Shown piece by piece: positions 63,941-64,000 of a stretch of DNA of 64,000 nucleotides. Source of the stretch: Octopus vulgaris (lineage: Eukaryota). The notes under the pieces are model-generated. The model saw only the letters and a program-made list of their open reading frames with translations, did no database searches and was not told where the DNA came from. The translations under genes and the position numbers were made by a program. How positions within the stretch are numbered: the stretch's first letter is position 1; the number at the start of each line of letters is the position of its first letter. The stretch spans positions 207,018,001 to 207,082,000 of the forward strand of contig OX597814.1 in the NCBI GenBank assembly GCA_951406725.2, given 5' to 3'.

Positions 63941-64000
63941 AATATGTGGGAACAGGATGTCACGGAATGTAAACATAACAAACGAAATACGAATACATGG

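Overview
Eukaryotic, AT-rich, repeat-dense genomic DNA. The SINE/LINE families and (TA)n/(ATT)n/(CA)n load look like a coleoid cephalopod (Octopus-type) genome; this is inferred from the repeats. Two host genes are visible, both on +. (1) The distal part of a PARP14/PARP15-like (macro-PARP) gene whose 5' end lies before the window. It has three tandem four-exon cassettes (A 137 nt, B 228, C 228, D 46/55), each encoding one macrodomain. Cassettes 1 and 2 come from a recent ~14.7-14.9 kb tandem duplication (3289-17952 / 17954-32897); cassette 3 is older and ends in an in-frame TAA. Coding differences between cassettes are strongly nonsynonymous and exceed flanking intron divergence. (2) A ~740 aa uncharacterised multi-pass membrane protein encoded by one coding exon (59942-62165), broken by a +1 frameshift at a T5C5 run. 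The rest is TE debris: R4/Dong, RTE, CR1, Penelope, Gypsy, mariner/Tc1, hAT, Helitron, a foldback element and tRNA-SINEs. Several minimal hammerhead-ribozyme motifs occur, including a palindromic element made of a tRNA-like head plus hammerhead. All alignments and counts were done by eye and repeat boundaries are approximate.
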